Under the pieces are notes generated by a model. It saw nothing but the letters and a program-made list of their open reading frames with translations, was not told the origin of the DNA and ran no database searches. The position numbers were made by a program, and so were the translations under genes. A stretch of 64,000 nucleotides of DNA from Nitrospirota bacterium (lineage in GTDB: Bacteria > Nitrospirota > UBA9217). This document shows positions 25,657-35,897 of this stretch, in pieces (the first letter of the stretch is position 1; every line of letters begins with the position of its first letter). The DNA lies in the NCBI GenBank assembly GCA_963663225.1, contig OY760142.1, positions 2,176,001 to 2,240,000 of the forward strand. The letters run 5' to 3'.

Positions 25657-28263
25657 ATGATTCTGACCAGGTTTCAGGAAGCCGCACGGTCCTTTCCGGA
25701 CAATGTTGCTGTTCGTTTCAAGGAAGGCCAACGCGTTGAACAGTACACCTATCAACGTTTTCTGCGGATGATTGCTTCCCTTGCACAGGCGCTTTCTGAA
25801 AACGGGATTAACAAGGGAGACCGTGTCGCTGTCTTGTCGGAGAACAGACCGGAATGGTTGGCAGCGTATCTTGCTGTCGTTTCCCTGGGGGCGGTGATCG
25901 TACCGCTTGATGCGCAGCTTACGGAGAGAGAGGTCGCGCTTCTGCTCGAAAGCGCGGAGGCAAAAGCGATCTTTATCTCGGCGGCGTGCAGGCAGAAGCT
26001 TCCCCGTGGTTTTTCCGGAATGATCATCGCGCTGGATCCGGGAGACGGGCACGTGTTTGCCGACATGGCGTCCGCCCACGCTGACGCCATGCTTTCCCCC
26101 GGACCTCCGGGAAACTCCCTTGCCGCGCTTTTGTATACATCGGGGACAACGGGTGATCCCAAAGGGGTGATGCTTTCGCAAAGCAACCTTGCCTCCAATC
26201 TGGAAAGCATCCTCAAACTCAACCTCTTCGACCATCGCGATAATTTTCTCTGCATCCTTCCCCTGCACCATACGTATGCCGCCATGGCATGTGTTCTGCT
26301 CCCTCTGAGCCTCGGGGGATGCGTCACCATCTTAAACAGCCTGAAAGGACCGGAGATTCTTTCCTGTATACAGGAAACCGGCGTCAGCGTGCTGGTCGGC
26401 GTGCCTCAGCTGTTTGCAGGACTGCGCCGGGCCATCTTTGATGAGATCCAGAAAAAACCGCTGCCGCTGCGTCTTCTGGTCAGACTTCTTCTCGGGTTCA
26501 ACAGCCTGGTGCGCAGGACCACGGGGGGCAATTTCGGCAAAATCCTTTTCAAGGCAGTGCATTCAAAATTCGGCCCTCAATTTAAACTTTCAGCCTGCGG
26601 AGGCGCACGGCTCGAACCGGACATATACACTGACATGACCAATATCGGCTTCTGGATTGTTGAAGGGTACGGACTTACGGAAACATCGCCGCTCTGCACG
26701 TTTAATCTCAGAAAGCCGGGATCCATCGGCATTGCAATCCCGGGCGTGGAAGTGAAACTATCAAATCCTGATGAGCAGGGGCAGGGAGAGATCACGGTGC
26801 GCGGTCCGAACGTGATGCTGGGGTATTATAAAAAACCGCAGGAGACGGCCGACGTGCTGAAGGACGGCTGGTTCTACACCGGCGACCTTGCCTATCAGGA
26901 TCAGGAGGGTTTTTTCTTCATCACGGGCAGGTCCAAAGAAATGATCGTGCTGCCGACCGGCAAAAAAATATTTCCGGAAGAGCTTGAGAAGTTCTATAAA
27001 CAAATCCCGGCCATCAAGGAAATCTGCCTTCTGCAGGGGGAACGAGGTCTTGAAGCGGCCGTTGTTCCCGATTTTGACTATCTCAGAAAAATGAACTTGT
27101 CCAATTCCCGCGAAACGATCGCCTTCGAGATTGCGGACCTGTCGAAAAATCTTCCCTTATACCAGCACATAACGGGGCTGAAGATATTCAAAGACCCTCT
27201 GCCCGCAACGCGTCTTGGAAAACTGCGACGAAGCAAGATAAAAGACCTGTATCAGCAGGGAGGAGAGCGTGTCGAGAAAACCGCACGTGAAACCGACGGC
27301 GACCTTTTGAAGGATCCGGTGGCGCAAAAACTGATCGCCTGCCTGGAGCCGTTTTCCGCCAAGAAAACCATCGTGCCTGATGACAACCTGGAGCTGGATT
27401 TGGGGCTTGATTCGCTCAGCCGTGTGGAACTGGTGGTGAGCATCGAAGAGTCATTCGCCTTGAGCCTGCCCGATTCGTTCGGGTCGGAGGTTTTTACGGT
27501 GAAAGACGCTGTGCTCCAACTCAGAGAACTCCTTGCTGCGGGGCCGGTATACACCGGTGAACGGGTGCACAAGTCGTGGAGCGATATCCTTTCCCAGGAA
27601 CCGCCTCCCGAACTCAGGACGTCTCTTCCGCTGGAGCGGGGAATATTTCGCAACACGCTGATGTTTCTGATCAAGCAGACGCTTACTTTCGCGTTCAAGG
27701 TGTACGGGCGCCTTTCCGTGCAGGGGCTGGATCATCTGCCGGTGCGCGGGCCGTACATCATCGCCCCGAACCATCTGAGCCTTATGGATGCTCCGGCCGT
27801 TATCGCGGGCCTGCCGTGGAAAATTACTTCGCAGGCGTTCTTTCTCGGCGCCACTGAGTATTTCAGCGGGGCGCTTTCGTCACGGATTGCCAGGATGATT
27901 CACGTGGTCCCTGTCGACATGGAAACGCGGCTTCACAGCGCGATGCAGTTGTCCGCGTACATGCTCAGGCGGGGTAGCATTCTGTGTGTGTTCCCCGAAG
28001 GCAGCCGCTCTCGGGACGGCAGCATTAAGGAATTCAAGAAAGGCGTCGGGATTCTTGCAGGTGAACTGCAGATCCCCGTTGTTCCGGTCGCCATCAGGGG
28101 TACATATGAAATGCTTTCATCCGGCAAGAGATTTCCCAGACCGGTAAAAATCAACGTGTCTTTCGGCAAACCACTGTACCCCGGGAGTATGGACAGCGAT
28201 GAAATTGCAAAAAAACTCCGGGACGATGTGGAATCTTTGCTGAAAGAAGAACCCGGGCAATGA
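25657..28263 (+). CDS. Long-chain acyl-adenylate ligase / ACP / lysophospholipid acyltransferase fusion
   Basis: YTSGTTGDPKG, EGYGLTETSP, TGD; carrier-domain DLGLDSLSRVEL; acyltransferase NHLSLMD and FPEGSRS. Confidence 0.9.
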   Translation: MILTRFQEAARSFPDNVAVRFKEGQRVEQYTYQRFLRMIASLAQALSENGINKGDRVAVLSENRPEWLAAYLAVVSLGAVIVPLDAQLTEREVALLLESAEAKAIFISAACRQKLPRGFSGMIIALDPGDGHVFADMASAHADAMLSPGPPGNSLAALLYTSGTTGDPKGVMLSQSNLASNLESILKLNLFDHRDNFLCILPLHHTYAAMACVLLPLSLGGCVTILNSLKGPEILSCIQETGVSVLVGVPQLFAGLRRAIFDEIQKKPLPLRLLVRLLLGFNSLVRRTTGGNFGKILFKAVHSKFGPQFKLSACGGARLEPDIYTDMTNIGFWIVEGYGLTETSPLCTFNLRKPGSIGIAIPGVEVKLSNPDEQGQGEITVRGPNVMLGYYKKPQETADVLKDGWFYTGDLAYQDQEGFFFITGRSKEMIVLPTGKKIFPEELEKFYKQIPAIKEICLLQGERGLEAAVVPDFDYLRKMNLSNSRETIAFEIADLSKNLPLYQHITGLKIFKDPLPATRLGKLRRSKIKDLYQQGGERVEKTARETDGDLLKDPVAQKLIACLEPFSAKKTIVPDDNLELDLGLDSLSRVELVVSIEESFALSLPDSFGSEVFTVKDAVLQLRELLAAGPVYTGERVHKSWSDILSQEPPPELRTSLPLERGIFRNTLMFLIKQTLTFAFKVYGRLSVQGLDHLPVRGPYIIAPNHLSLMDAPAVIAGLPWKITSQAFFLGATEYFSGALSSRIARMIHVVPVDMETRLHSAMQLSAYMLRRGSILCVFPEGSRSRDGSIKEFKKGVGILAGELQIPVVPVAIRGTYEMLSSGKRFPRPVKINVSFGKPLYPGSMDSDEIAKKLRDDVESLLKEEPGQ

Positions 28264-28306
28264 CAACCGTAAACCAATGCAAAAATGCAATGGAAAGGAA
28301 GTGCGT

Positions 28307-29200
28307 ATGAAGAAAATACCCCTGTTGTTTTTCCTGATTGCTGCTGCGTTTTTTTCTTCCTGCGCATCGACACAGGGGCCGGCTGCGCCGGAGATAATAA
28401 AACCGAAAATAGCCCTGGTGCTCGGCGGAGGGGCAGCCCGCGGCTTTGCGCATGTGGGGGTGATCCGCCAGCTTGAACATGAAAAGATTCCAATCGATAT
28501 GATTGTGGGGACGAGCGTCGGCAGCCTTATCGGCGCGATTTACGCGAACGATCTGAACAGCTTTGAACTCGAATGGACGGCGTTCGCCCTGGAAAAAGAT
28601 GATGTATTTGATTATGCGATTCTGTCGGCTTTTACCGGAATGGGGCTTGCAAAAGGGGACAAGCTGGAAGAGTTTTTAAAGAAGAAGGTTTCCGTACCGA
28701 ATATCGAAAACCTCAAACTTCCGTTTGCCGCCGTGGCTACGGACCTGAATCGGGGAACGCGCGTTGTTCTCGACCGCGGTTCGGTGGCCAAGGCTGTTCA
28801 TGCAAGCAGCGCCATTCCTGGTGTCTTCACGCCGGTGGATTATCAGGGCCGCCTGCTGGTGGACGGCGGTCTCATTGACAATATCCCCATCGCAGTTGCC
28901 CGGGAAAAGGGCGCGGACATTATTATTGCTGTCGACATCAGCGAAAATGTGACTAATTTTAATATAACCAATCCTATTGACGTACTGCTTCAGTCCGTTA
29001 ACATTATGTTCAACCAAAATGTGCAATATAAAAAGAAAAACGCGGACATACTAATCAGTCCGCAAATAGGCGACGTGGGAATGCTCGATTTTACTCAGAA
29101 AAAGCGGTGTATGCAGGCAGGAATCGAAGCGACGCGTCAGGCAATGCCGGAAATCATGAAAAAAATCGAGGAGTGGGGAAAGAAGCAGACTCAGAAATAA
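28307..29200 (+). CDS. Patatin-like phospholipase, lipoprotein
   Basis: Lipobox FSSC; GGGAARG, GTSVG, SAIPG, DGG. Confidence 0.9.
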   Translation: MKKIPLLFFLIAAAFFSSCASTQGPAAPEIIKPKIALVLGGGAARGFAHVGVIRQLEHEKIPIDMIVGTSVGSLIGAIYANDLNSFELEWTAFALEKDDVFDYAILSAFTGMGLAKGDKLEEFLKKKVSVPNIENLKLPFAAVATDLNRGTRVVLDRGSVAKAVHASSAIPGVFTPVDYQGRLLVDGGLIDNIPIAVAREKGADIIIAVDISENVTNFNITNPIDVLLQSVNIMFNQNVQYKKKNADILISPQIGDVGMLDFTQKKRCMQAGIEATRQAMPEIMKKIEEWGKKQTQK

Positions 29201-29304
29201 GAATATTCCTGGTACGGCTGCTGGACATCGGCAAATTTTCGCCGAGGATCATTTTTACTGTTTAATGCCGACGTGTCGGCATATTTCTTTCCGTGCAGTT
29301 TCCT

Positions 29305-30156
29305 ATGATTAAAAAAATCAAGATCATTCTTGAAATGATCAAATTCGAGCATACTGTTTTTGCATTGCCGTTCGCCTTTACTGCAGCGCTGATGGCGGCA
29401 AAAGGCTTGCCGTCGGGATGGCAGATTCTCTGGATTAGCATGGCTATGGTCGGGGCGCGTTCCGCAGCCATGGGATTCAACCGCTGGGCAGACCGGAAAT
29501 TCGACGCCGAAAATCCACGGACAAAGACCAGGGCGCTGCCTCTGGGACTTGTTTCTCCTTCGCAGGTGGTCGTTTTTACCGCTGTTTCTTCGACAGTGCT
29601 CATTTTTGCCGCCTACCAGCTGAACCCGCTTGCCTTTTATCTTTCACCAGTCGCGCTCGGTACGGTATTCTTTTATTCTTACACAAAACGATTCACATTT
29701 TTGTCGCATGCTTTTCTGGGACTTGCCATTGCCGGTGCCCCACTGGGTGCCTGGATTGCGGTTACGGGAAGGATTGAAATACCGGCGATTGTGCTCGGCA
29801 CGGCCGTCCTGTTCTGGCTTCTGGGGTTTGATGTCCTCTATGCGCTTCAGGACATGGAGTTTGATCGAAAAGCCGGGTTGCATTCCATCCCCCAACAGTT
29901 CGGCGTGCGGCGGTCTCTCCTGATATCGAGGACGTCACATGCAGTCACTATTGCGGCATTGTTCTGGCTTGCTTTTTTAGTGCCCCTCGACGGCTCCTAT
30001 ATAACAGGAGTTGCTCTTGCCTTCTGCCTCATTTTGTATGAACATGCTCTGGTGAAGGAACATGACCTCTCCAAGCTGAATATGGCTTTTTTCAATATGA
30101 ACGGATACATCAGCGTCACCATTTTTGTTTTTACGCTGTTGGATGTTCTTTTGTAG
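29305..30156 (+). CDS. UbiA-family polyprenyltransferase (MqnP-like)
   Basis: IKFEHTVFALPF, ARSAAMGFNRWAD..FDAENPRT, YSYTKRFT, FDVLYALQD, AFFNMNG. Confidence 0.9.
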   Translation: MIKKIKIILEMIKFEHTVFALPFAFTAALMAAKGLPSGWQILWISMAMVGARSAAMGFNRWADRKFDAENPRTKTRALPLGLVSPSQVVVFTAVSSTVLIFAAYQLNPLAFYLSPVALGTVFFYSYTKRFTFLSHAFLGLAIAGAPLGAWIAVTGRIEIPAIVLGTAVLFWLLGFDVLYALQDMEFDRKAGLHSIPQQFGVRRSLLISRTSHAVTIAALFWLAFLVPLDGSYITGVALAFCLILYEHALVKEHDLSKLNMAFFNMNGYISVTIFVFTLLDVLL

Positions 30157-30185
30157 ATAATGATTCGAAATAAAAAGGAGATACT

Positions 30186-30689
30186 ATGAAATTAAGATTG
30201 ATAATACTGTTTTGCGTTGTCTTTGCGGCAACTTTCGCTTTTGCGGCGGAAGCGCCTGAAAAAAACCAGCAGAGCAAATCACAAAACACAATCGCTGAAA
30301 AAAATAAAAAAGACGGAATGGCGTTCCTTGCCGAGAATAAAAAGAAAAAAGGTGTAAAGGTTCTTGCAAGCGGTTTGCAGTACAAGATAATTACGGCGGG
30401 GAAAGGAAAAGTTCCCAAGATAACTGACCAGGTTACCGTGCATTACAAAGGCAGCCTTATTGACGGGACGGAATTTGACAGCTCTTACAAGCGCGGTCAA
30501 CCCGCAGTTTTTCCGGTTAATCGCGTGATCAAGGGGTGGGTCCAGGCGCTGCAGCTTATGAAGGAAGGTTCAAAATGGCAACTCGTCATTCCAGCGGACC
30601 TTGCGTACGGCGAGCGAGGAACTCCGGGAGGTCCTATCGGCCCGAACGCTGTTTTGATTTTTGAGGTCGAATTGCTTTCGGTGAAGTGA
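30186..30689 (+). CDS. Periplasmic FKBP-type peptidyl-prolyl isomerase
   Basis: Signal peptide; SGLQY, VHYKG.LIDGTEFDSS, VIKGW, LAYG, LIFEVELL. Confidence 0.93.
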   Translation: MKLRLIILFCVVFAATFAFAAEAPEKNQQSKSQNTIAEKNKKDGMAFLAENKKKKGVKVLASGLQYKIITAGKGKVPKITDQVTVHYKGSLIDGTEFDSSYKRGQPAVFPVNRVIKGWVQALQLMKEGSKWQLVIPADLAYGERGTPGGPIGPNAVLIFEVELLSVK

Positions 30690-30796
30690 TGCTGGAATCA
30701 TAGAGACGGTTTTTGCAGGCAATTGTTGGTGGAACATTTAGGAGAGATGAAAACCGGATGGGCACTTTTGTGTAAGCAGTGCATTACCAATCACGG

Positions 30797-31594
30797 TTAA
30801 CCTTTTGCCGATGAATCGCCTCCCCATTCGCGCAGCTTGCCGGTGATAAACTCAATGATCTTTTGATGTTCCTCGGCCCCGCGGTCCTTGATCCGCAACG
30901 GTTCTCCGAACGCGATGTGGGCTTTTTTTGCCGGGTCTATCCAGCCGTAGTCTTTTAGATAGCTGCCGGTGCCCCATGCATCAGTTTTGAGAGCAATGGG
31001 TACCACCGGCACGTCCGCCTTTTTCGCAAGCTTGACTCCAATGGTGTTGAACTGATCGGGGTCAAATACCGTCGTGCGTGTGGTTTGCGGAAAAATGATG
31101 ATGGAAGTTCCCGCGTGCAACCTCTCCGTGCCTCCCTCCAGAACGGCCTTTAAATCATCGCGGGGGTTTGACCTGCCTACCGTAACGGGGTTCCGTGCCC
31201 GCATGACGTACTTGAACACCGGATACTCGATAAGGTCCTGCTTGACGACAAACGTTGTCTCTCTGAACGGGGCGATGATTGTCGGCAGGACGAAGGTTTC
31301 GAACGTGCTCATGTGGTTGCCGATGAACACGCAGGGGCCGTCAAGCTTTTTAAAAAAGTCCATGCCGGTCACTTCGAGCTGAACGCCGACCCGTTCCAAG
31401 GCGCGCAGCACCTCAATGCTGCTATTGCACCATTCCGCGGTGTCATAGCGATTGCGCTTTGCCTTTCTGCTTGCGCGCATGACGACGGAAATGACGTCCA
31501 GATAGAAAACAAAGGACGGCATTTTTTTGATAAAAAATGACACGGGATGGATTTTTGTGCTGTATGTGTCGCCTTCCAGCTTTACCGCTTCCAC
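30797..31594 (-). CDS. PlsC-family lysophospholipid acyltransferase
   Basis: GNHMSTFE, FVVK, IFPQTTR, VPVVPIAL. Confidence 0.82.
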   Translation of the reverse strand: MEAVKLEGDTYSTKIHPVSFFIKKMPSFVFYLDVISVVMRASRKAKRNRYDTAEWCNSSIEVLRALERVGVQLEVTGMDFFKKLDGPCVFIGNHMSTFETFVLPTIIAPFRETTFVVKQDLIEYPVFKYVMRARNPVTVGRSNPRDDLKAVLEGGTERLHAGTSIIIFPQTTRTTVFDPDQFNTIGVKLAKKADVPVVPIALKTDAWGTGSYLKDYGWIDPAKKAHIAFGEPLRIKDRGAEEHQKIIEFITGKLREWGGDSSAKG

Positions 31595-31762
31595 GAGTTT
31601 TTCCCGCCTCCGAAAGAATATTCTAAAATTTCAATCAGTATATCATGTCAGCGGAGAAGAGTGAAGAGGGAAAATATGCTCTGCAACAAAAGGGAACAGC
31701 GGTTTGCATGAACGGTGAAATAAAAGCTTGCAATGCCGCAATGAAAAAGAGAAAATAGGTCC

Positions 31763-33322
31763 ATGAATAATCTGACGCTTAGGCAGCAAGTCGCTCAAAT
31801 GGTTATGCCTCGCCTTGATGGTGCGAAGCTTGATGATCCCCGCTATCTCTCAAGAATCCAGGACCTTATTCAGGACGGCATCGGAGGTTTCATTCTATTC
31901 GGAGGAATCCTTGAACAGACTTCCCGTCATCTTCGGGAAATACAGGCTTTTGCCGGGATACCGCTTCTGATTGCCTCTGACATAGAACGCGGCCTTGGAC
32001 AGCAGCTTGCGGGCGGGACACGGTTTCCCAACCAGCGCGCGGTCGCGTCCGCCATTAACCGGAGATCGAAACGCGACCTCGATCTGCTTGACAGGATGCT
32101 TGACGCGGTAAGGAACGAGACGCGCGCCGCGGGCATTCATGTGGTTTTTTCTCCGGTTGTGGATGTGAACAACAATCCTGCCAATCCGATAATCTGCACG
32201 CGGGCTTTCGGCGATGAACCGGACGTCGTTGAATGGTATGCTTCCCGCTATATCGACCGTCTTCAGAAGCCGTTGCGGAAAGGCCGTTTGGCGGTCCTGG
32301 CCTGCGCCAAACATTTTCCCGGCCATGGAGACACCGATCAGGATTCGCATACTGTGCTGCCGGTGATCCATGCAGGCAAACCCCGGTTGAACCGCATTGA
32401 ATTGCCGCCGTTTCGGCAGGCGGTAAAAGACGGCGTCGGCATGGTCATGGTGGCGCACCTGCTGGTGCCCGCTCTTGAACCGGAAAAGCCGACGACATTT
32501 TCGAAAAAAATCGTAACTGCTCTGCTTCGGGAAGGGATGGAATTTGACGGTCTGGTCGTTTCCGATGCTCTTGATATGGGGGCGCTGGCCGGCAGCTATT
32601 CCCAGGAGGAAATTGCCGTGCGCTCCGTGGAAGCAGGGATGGACATACTGCTTCATCCGGTGGATGCAATCGAGACCATCAGTGCGGTTGTTTCGGCTGT
32701 GGAGCAGGGGAGGTTGACCCGACAGCGAATCAGCGAATCCGTTGAACGCATTCTTGCCGCGAAGACAGCATTAGGGCTGTTCGAGAAAACGGAACCGGAA
32801 ATCGGCCGGATAGACGTCCAAAAGCACCGCAGGATCGCGCGCGACATGAGCCGCAAAGCGGTCCGCATTGTGTCCGGAAACAAGAAAGCACTTCCTCTGA
32901 ATCGCGATGGAGGAACGGCTTGTTTTATTCTCGATGACGACAATGTTCCCGAATCAGGAGACGTCTTCATCCATGCGATGAGAGAACAGTTCAAATTTTT
33001 GTCCATCATGACGCTGACCCCCGGGTCTGACATGCCCGAGTCTTTGGTGCTCGACAGCATCAATGCCGCCGAATCGGTTGTTATTGCGATTTACTCAAAG
33101 ATTTCCGCATCAAAAGGCCATTCCGGACTTACCGAGAAACTGCGCGGTCGGGCCATACAGATTCTCAAGGCGGCGCGATCAGTAAAAGCAAAGACCGCCG
33201 TAATCTCCTTCGACAGCCCGTATCTGCTGGATTTGTTCAGGGATGCAGACGTACGCATTGCAGCGTATGACCGGATGGATGAGATACAGCAGGCGGCTGG
33301 TAAACTGCTAGCGGGAGCGTAA
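31763..33322 (+). CDS. nagZ: GH3 beta-N-acetylhexosaminidase (NagZ-type) with C-terminal domain
   Basis: SDIERG, PVVDVNNNP.NPII..RAFG, KHFPGHGDTDQDSH, SDALDM. Confidence 0.85.
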   Translation: MNNLTLRQQVAQMVMPRLDGAKLDDPRYLSRIQDLIQDGIGGFILFGGILEQTSRHLREIQAFAGIPLLIASDIERGLGQQLAGGTRFPNQRAVASAINRRSKRDLDLLDRMLDAVRNETRAAGIHVVFSPVVDVNNNPANPIICTRAFGDEPDVVEWYASRYIDRLQKPLRKGRLAVLACAKHFPGHGDTDQDSHTVLPVIHAGKPRLNRIELPPFRQAVKDGVGMVMVAHLLVPALEPEKPTTFSKKIVTALLREGMEFDGLVVSDALDMGALAGSYSQEEIAVRSVEAGMDILLHPVDAIETISAVVSAVEQGRLTRQRISESVERILAAKTALGLFEKTEPEIGRIDVQKHRRIARDMSRKAVRIVSGNKKALPLNRDGGTACFILDDDNVPESGDVFIHAMREQFKFLSIMTLTPGSDMPESLVLDSINAAESVVIAIYSKISASKGHSGLTEKLRGRAIQILKAARSVKAKTAVISFDSPYLLDLFRDADVRIAAYDRMDEIQQAAGKLLAGA

Positions 33323-33347
33323 CGGCCTGACAGAGCGCCCAACTTTT

Positions 33348-33989
33348 ATGCTCACCCTGTTCCTCATCTTTTTTTCATTCGCGTTCATTCACAGCATTAC
33401 AACAGCGCCGGTGTTTAAGCGCGCTTGCGAAAAACGTGCCGGAAAAATTTTCATGCAGGCATTCTATCGGTTGCTCTATACCGTGGTCAGCGTTGTGACT
33501 GCAGCCGCGGCGTTCTCACTCATCTCCCGGCTCCCCGACCGGGAACTGTGGACGGCGCCGGAGTGGGCCGCGTGGCTCATGCAGGGCATCCGGGGAGGAG
33601 CGGTTGTTGCTGCGCTGTCTGCGTTCAGGCATCTGGACGGTTGGGAGTTTCTCGGCATTAAACAAGCGTGGAGATTTGCCACCCGGCATGAAACATCAGG
33701 AGACATCGACGGCCTGACGCAGCAAGAGCTGATTACGACCGGCGTGTATGGGCTTGTGCGCCATCCTCTGTATCTGGCCGGGATCATTTTTTTTACCATT
33801 GACCCGCGTATCACGGTTAACAGCCTTGCGGTTACTATTCTTGCGGATGCCTATTTTCTGTTCGGCATGTTCATCGAGGAACGAAGATTTCTCACAATTT
33901 TCGGTGAAGAATATGCACGATACATGAAGCGCGTCCCAAGAATGTTTCCAAGCATCTCCGGTGGTGCATTCGATGAAAAGAGGCGTTGA
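33348..33989 (+). CDS. Isoprenylcysteine carboxyl methyltransferase/NnrU-like membrane methyltransferase
   Basis: Several TM helices; GVYGLVRHPLY and EERR...FGEEY..YMKRVP. Confidence 0.8.
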   Translation: MLTLFLIFFSFAFIHSITTAPVFKRACEKRAGKIFMQAFYRLLYTVVSVVTAAAAFSLISRLPDRELWTAPEWAAWLMQGIRGGAVVAALSAFRHLDGWEFLGIKQAWRFATRHETSGDIDGLTQQELITTGVYGLVRHPLYLAGIIFFTIDPRITVNSLAVTILADAYFLFGMFIEERRFLTIFGEEYARYMKRVPRMFPSISGGAFDEKRR

Positions 33990-34184
33990 GCCGCGAAACT
34001 AAAAACGCAAGTACAGAGTTTTTTCTCGTGATGTTCACCCTGTATCTTCTTTTCGGGTGTATGCTACAATAGTGAAAAACATCATTTGTCCGGCATCAAT
34101 CCGCAGAATGAGAAGACCAGAAAGTAAAAGTAAGGCGAGATCCAGATAAAGGGTTCTGTTTGTTTTTCATAAGGAGGAAATGAA

Positions 34185-35252
34185 ATGACGAGAAAAATAT
34201 TTGAACCGTTTACCCTCCGCAGCGTGGAGTTCCGAAACCGGATTTTTGTTTCCCCGATGTGCCAATACTCCTGCGCAGACGGCGTTCCGAACGACTGGCA
34301 CCTTGTGCATCTGGGCAGCAGGGCGGTGGGCGGGGCGGGGTTGATAATTGCGGAAGCAACCGCGGTTGTTCCGGAGGGCCGGATATCCGCGAGCGACACC
34401 GGGATATGGAACGATGCGCAGGTCAGCGCCTTTCAAAGGATCACCGCGTTCATCGAATCCCAGGGTTCTGTTCCGGCCATCCAGCTTGCCCATGCAGGCA
34501 GGAAGGCATCAACAGCAGTCCCCTGGAAAGGCAGGCACCCCGTGGCCGGACGCGATGAGAGCTGGCAGCCGGTTGCGCCCAGCCCTCTTCCCTTCGAAAA
34601 GGGCCAGCCGCTGCCCCATGAACTATCTGCAGCAGAGATTGAACAGGTGATCAAGCTTTTTGCCGCCGGTGCTGAAAGAGCGCTGCGGGCCGGTTTCAAG
34701 GTCGCAGAAATTCATATGGCGCACGGCTACCTGCTGCATGAATTCCTGTCGCCGCTTACCAACCAACGGCAGGACGAATACGGAGGAAGCTTTGAGAACC
34801 GCACGAAAGTTCCGCTCAAAGTCGCGGAAGCGGTGCGTAGGGTCTGGCCTGATACTCTTCCGGTTTTTGTGCGCATTTCCGCCACGGACTGGAAGGAACA
34901 GGGATGGGACCTGGAACAGTCCATAGCATTCTGCCGGAAGCTGCGCGAGGCAGGCATCGATCTTATCGACTGCTCCAGCGGCGGCCTTGTTCCCGATGCC
35001 ATGATCCCCGCGGGGCCCGGCTACCAGGTTCCTTTTTCAGCCGCGATTCGGCGCGAATCGGGAATTCCCACAGCGGCAGTGGGATTGATTGTGAACGCGC
35101 AGCAGGCGGAGCAGATACTGGTCTGCGGCGAAGCCGATGCGGTTGTTCTGGCACGTGAAATGCTTCGGGATCCGTATTGGCCGCTGCATGCCGCGCGCGA
35201 GCTGGGAGCGGACATCCGGTGGCCTGTCCAGTACGAACGGGCGAAACCCTAG
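34185..35252 (+). CDS. NADH:flavin oxidoreductase (Old Yellow Enzyme, YqjM/NamA-like)
   Basis: NRIFVSPMCQYS, EATAVVPEGRIS, QLAHAGRKAS, HMAHGYLLHEFLSP, LRDPYWPLHAA. Confidence 0.93.
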   Translation: MTRKIFEPFTLRSVEFRNRIFVSPMCQYSCADGVPNDWHLVHLGSRAVGGAGLIIAEATAVVPEGRISASDTGIWNDAQVSAFQRITAFIESQGSVPAIQLAHAGRKASTAVPWKGRHPVAGRDESWQPVAPSPLPFEKGQPLPHELSAAEIEQVIKLFAAGAERALRAGFKVAEIHMAHGYLLHEFLSPLTNQRQDEYGGSFENRTKVPLKVAEAVRRVWPDTLPVFVRISATDWKEQGWDLEQSIAFCRKLREAGIDLIDCSSGGLVPDAMIPAGPGYQVPFSAAIRRESGIPTAAVGLIVNAQQAEQILVCGEADAVVLAREMLRDPYWPLHAARELGADIRWPVQYERAKP

Positions 35253-35362
35253 CGTTTTCTACTGTAAAGCGTTTGCGGCGGGACTATATTATGAATTTGT
35301 CTGCATCAGCATAATCGTTCCTATAGTGAGAACGGGTATGCAGATGCGAAGTTGGAGGTTGC

Positions 35363-35803
35363 ATGTCTGATCTAATTTTACTGATACTGATGTTTTGCGC
35401 GGGTACGACAGTCGCGATACAGCCGTCCATTAACGCACGGCTGGCAGAGAAAGTCGGAATCGTGGAAAGCGCTTTTATCTCCTTTGCAGTAGGAACGCTC
35501 GCATTGCTGATGGTCCTGCTGGCAACCAGCGGCAGGCTGAACACAAAGGGCCTGGGCGAAACCGCTTGGTGGGAATGGACGGGTGGAATTCTCGGGGCGA
35601 TATTTGTCTCGGCCACGATTACGATTGTTCCGCGCATCGGAACCGCGGCTGCAATGGCGGCCACGATTGCCGCACAACTGATAACCGGCTTACTCCTCGA
35701 TCATTTCGGCGCATTCGGTTTCAAGGGCGCACCTCTTGACTTCAAGCGTGTTCTTGGTTGCTGTCTTCTTTTATGCGGCGTTGCGCTTGTCGGGAAACGC
35801 TGA
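35363..35803 (+). CDS. DMT-superfamily transporter (YdcZ/DUF606)
   Basis: Q.SINARL, SFAVG, WWEWTGGILGA, QLITGLLLDHFG. Confidence 0.88.
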   Translation: MSDLILLILMFCAGTTVAIQPSINARLAEKVGIVESAFISFAVGTLALLMVLLATSGRLNTKGLGETAWWEWTGGILGAIFVSATITIVPRIGTAAAMAATIAAQLITGLLLDHFGAFGFKGAPLDFKRVLGCCLLLCGVALVGKR

Positions 35804-35897
35804 GCAAGTCGATTCTGAAAGATCGGAAAAGATCGGATGAAGCGGTGCGTGCCGAACATACAGTTCGGCGTTTTCATGGCCAGGAGCAGGAGACGGA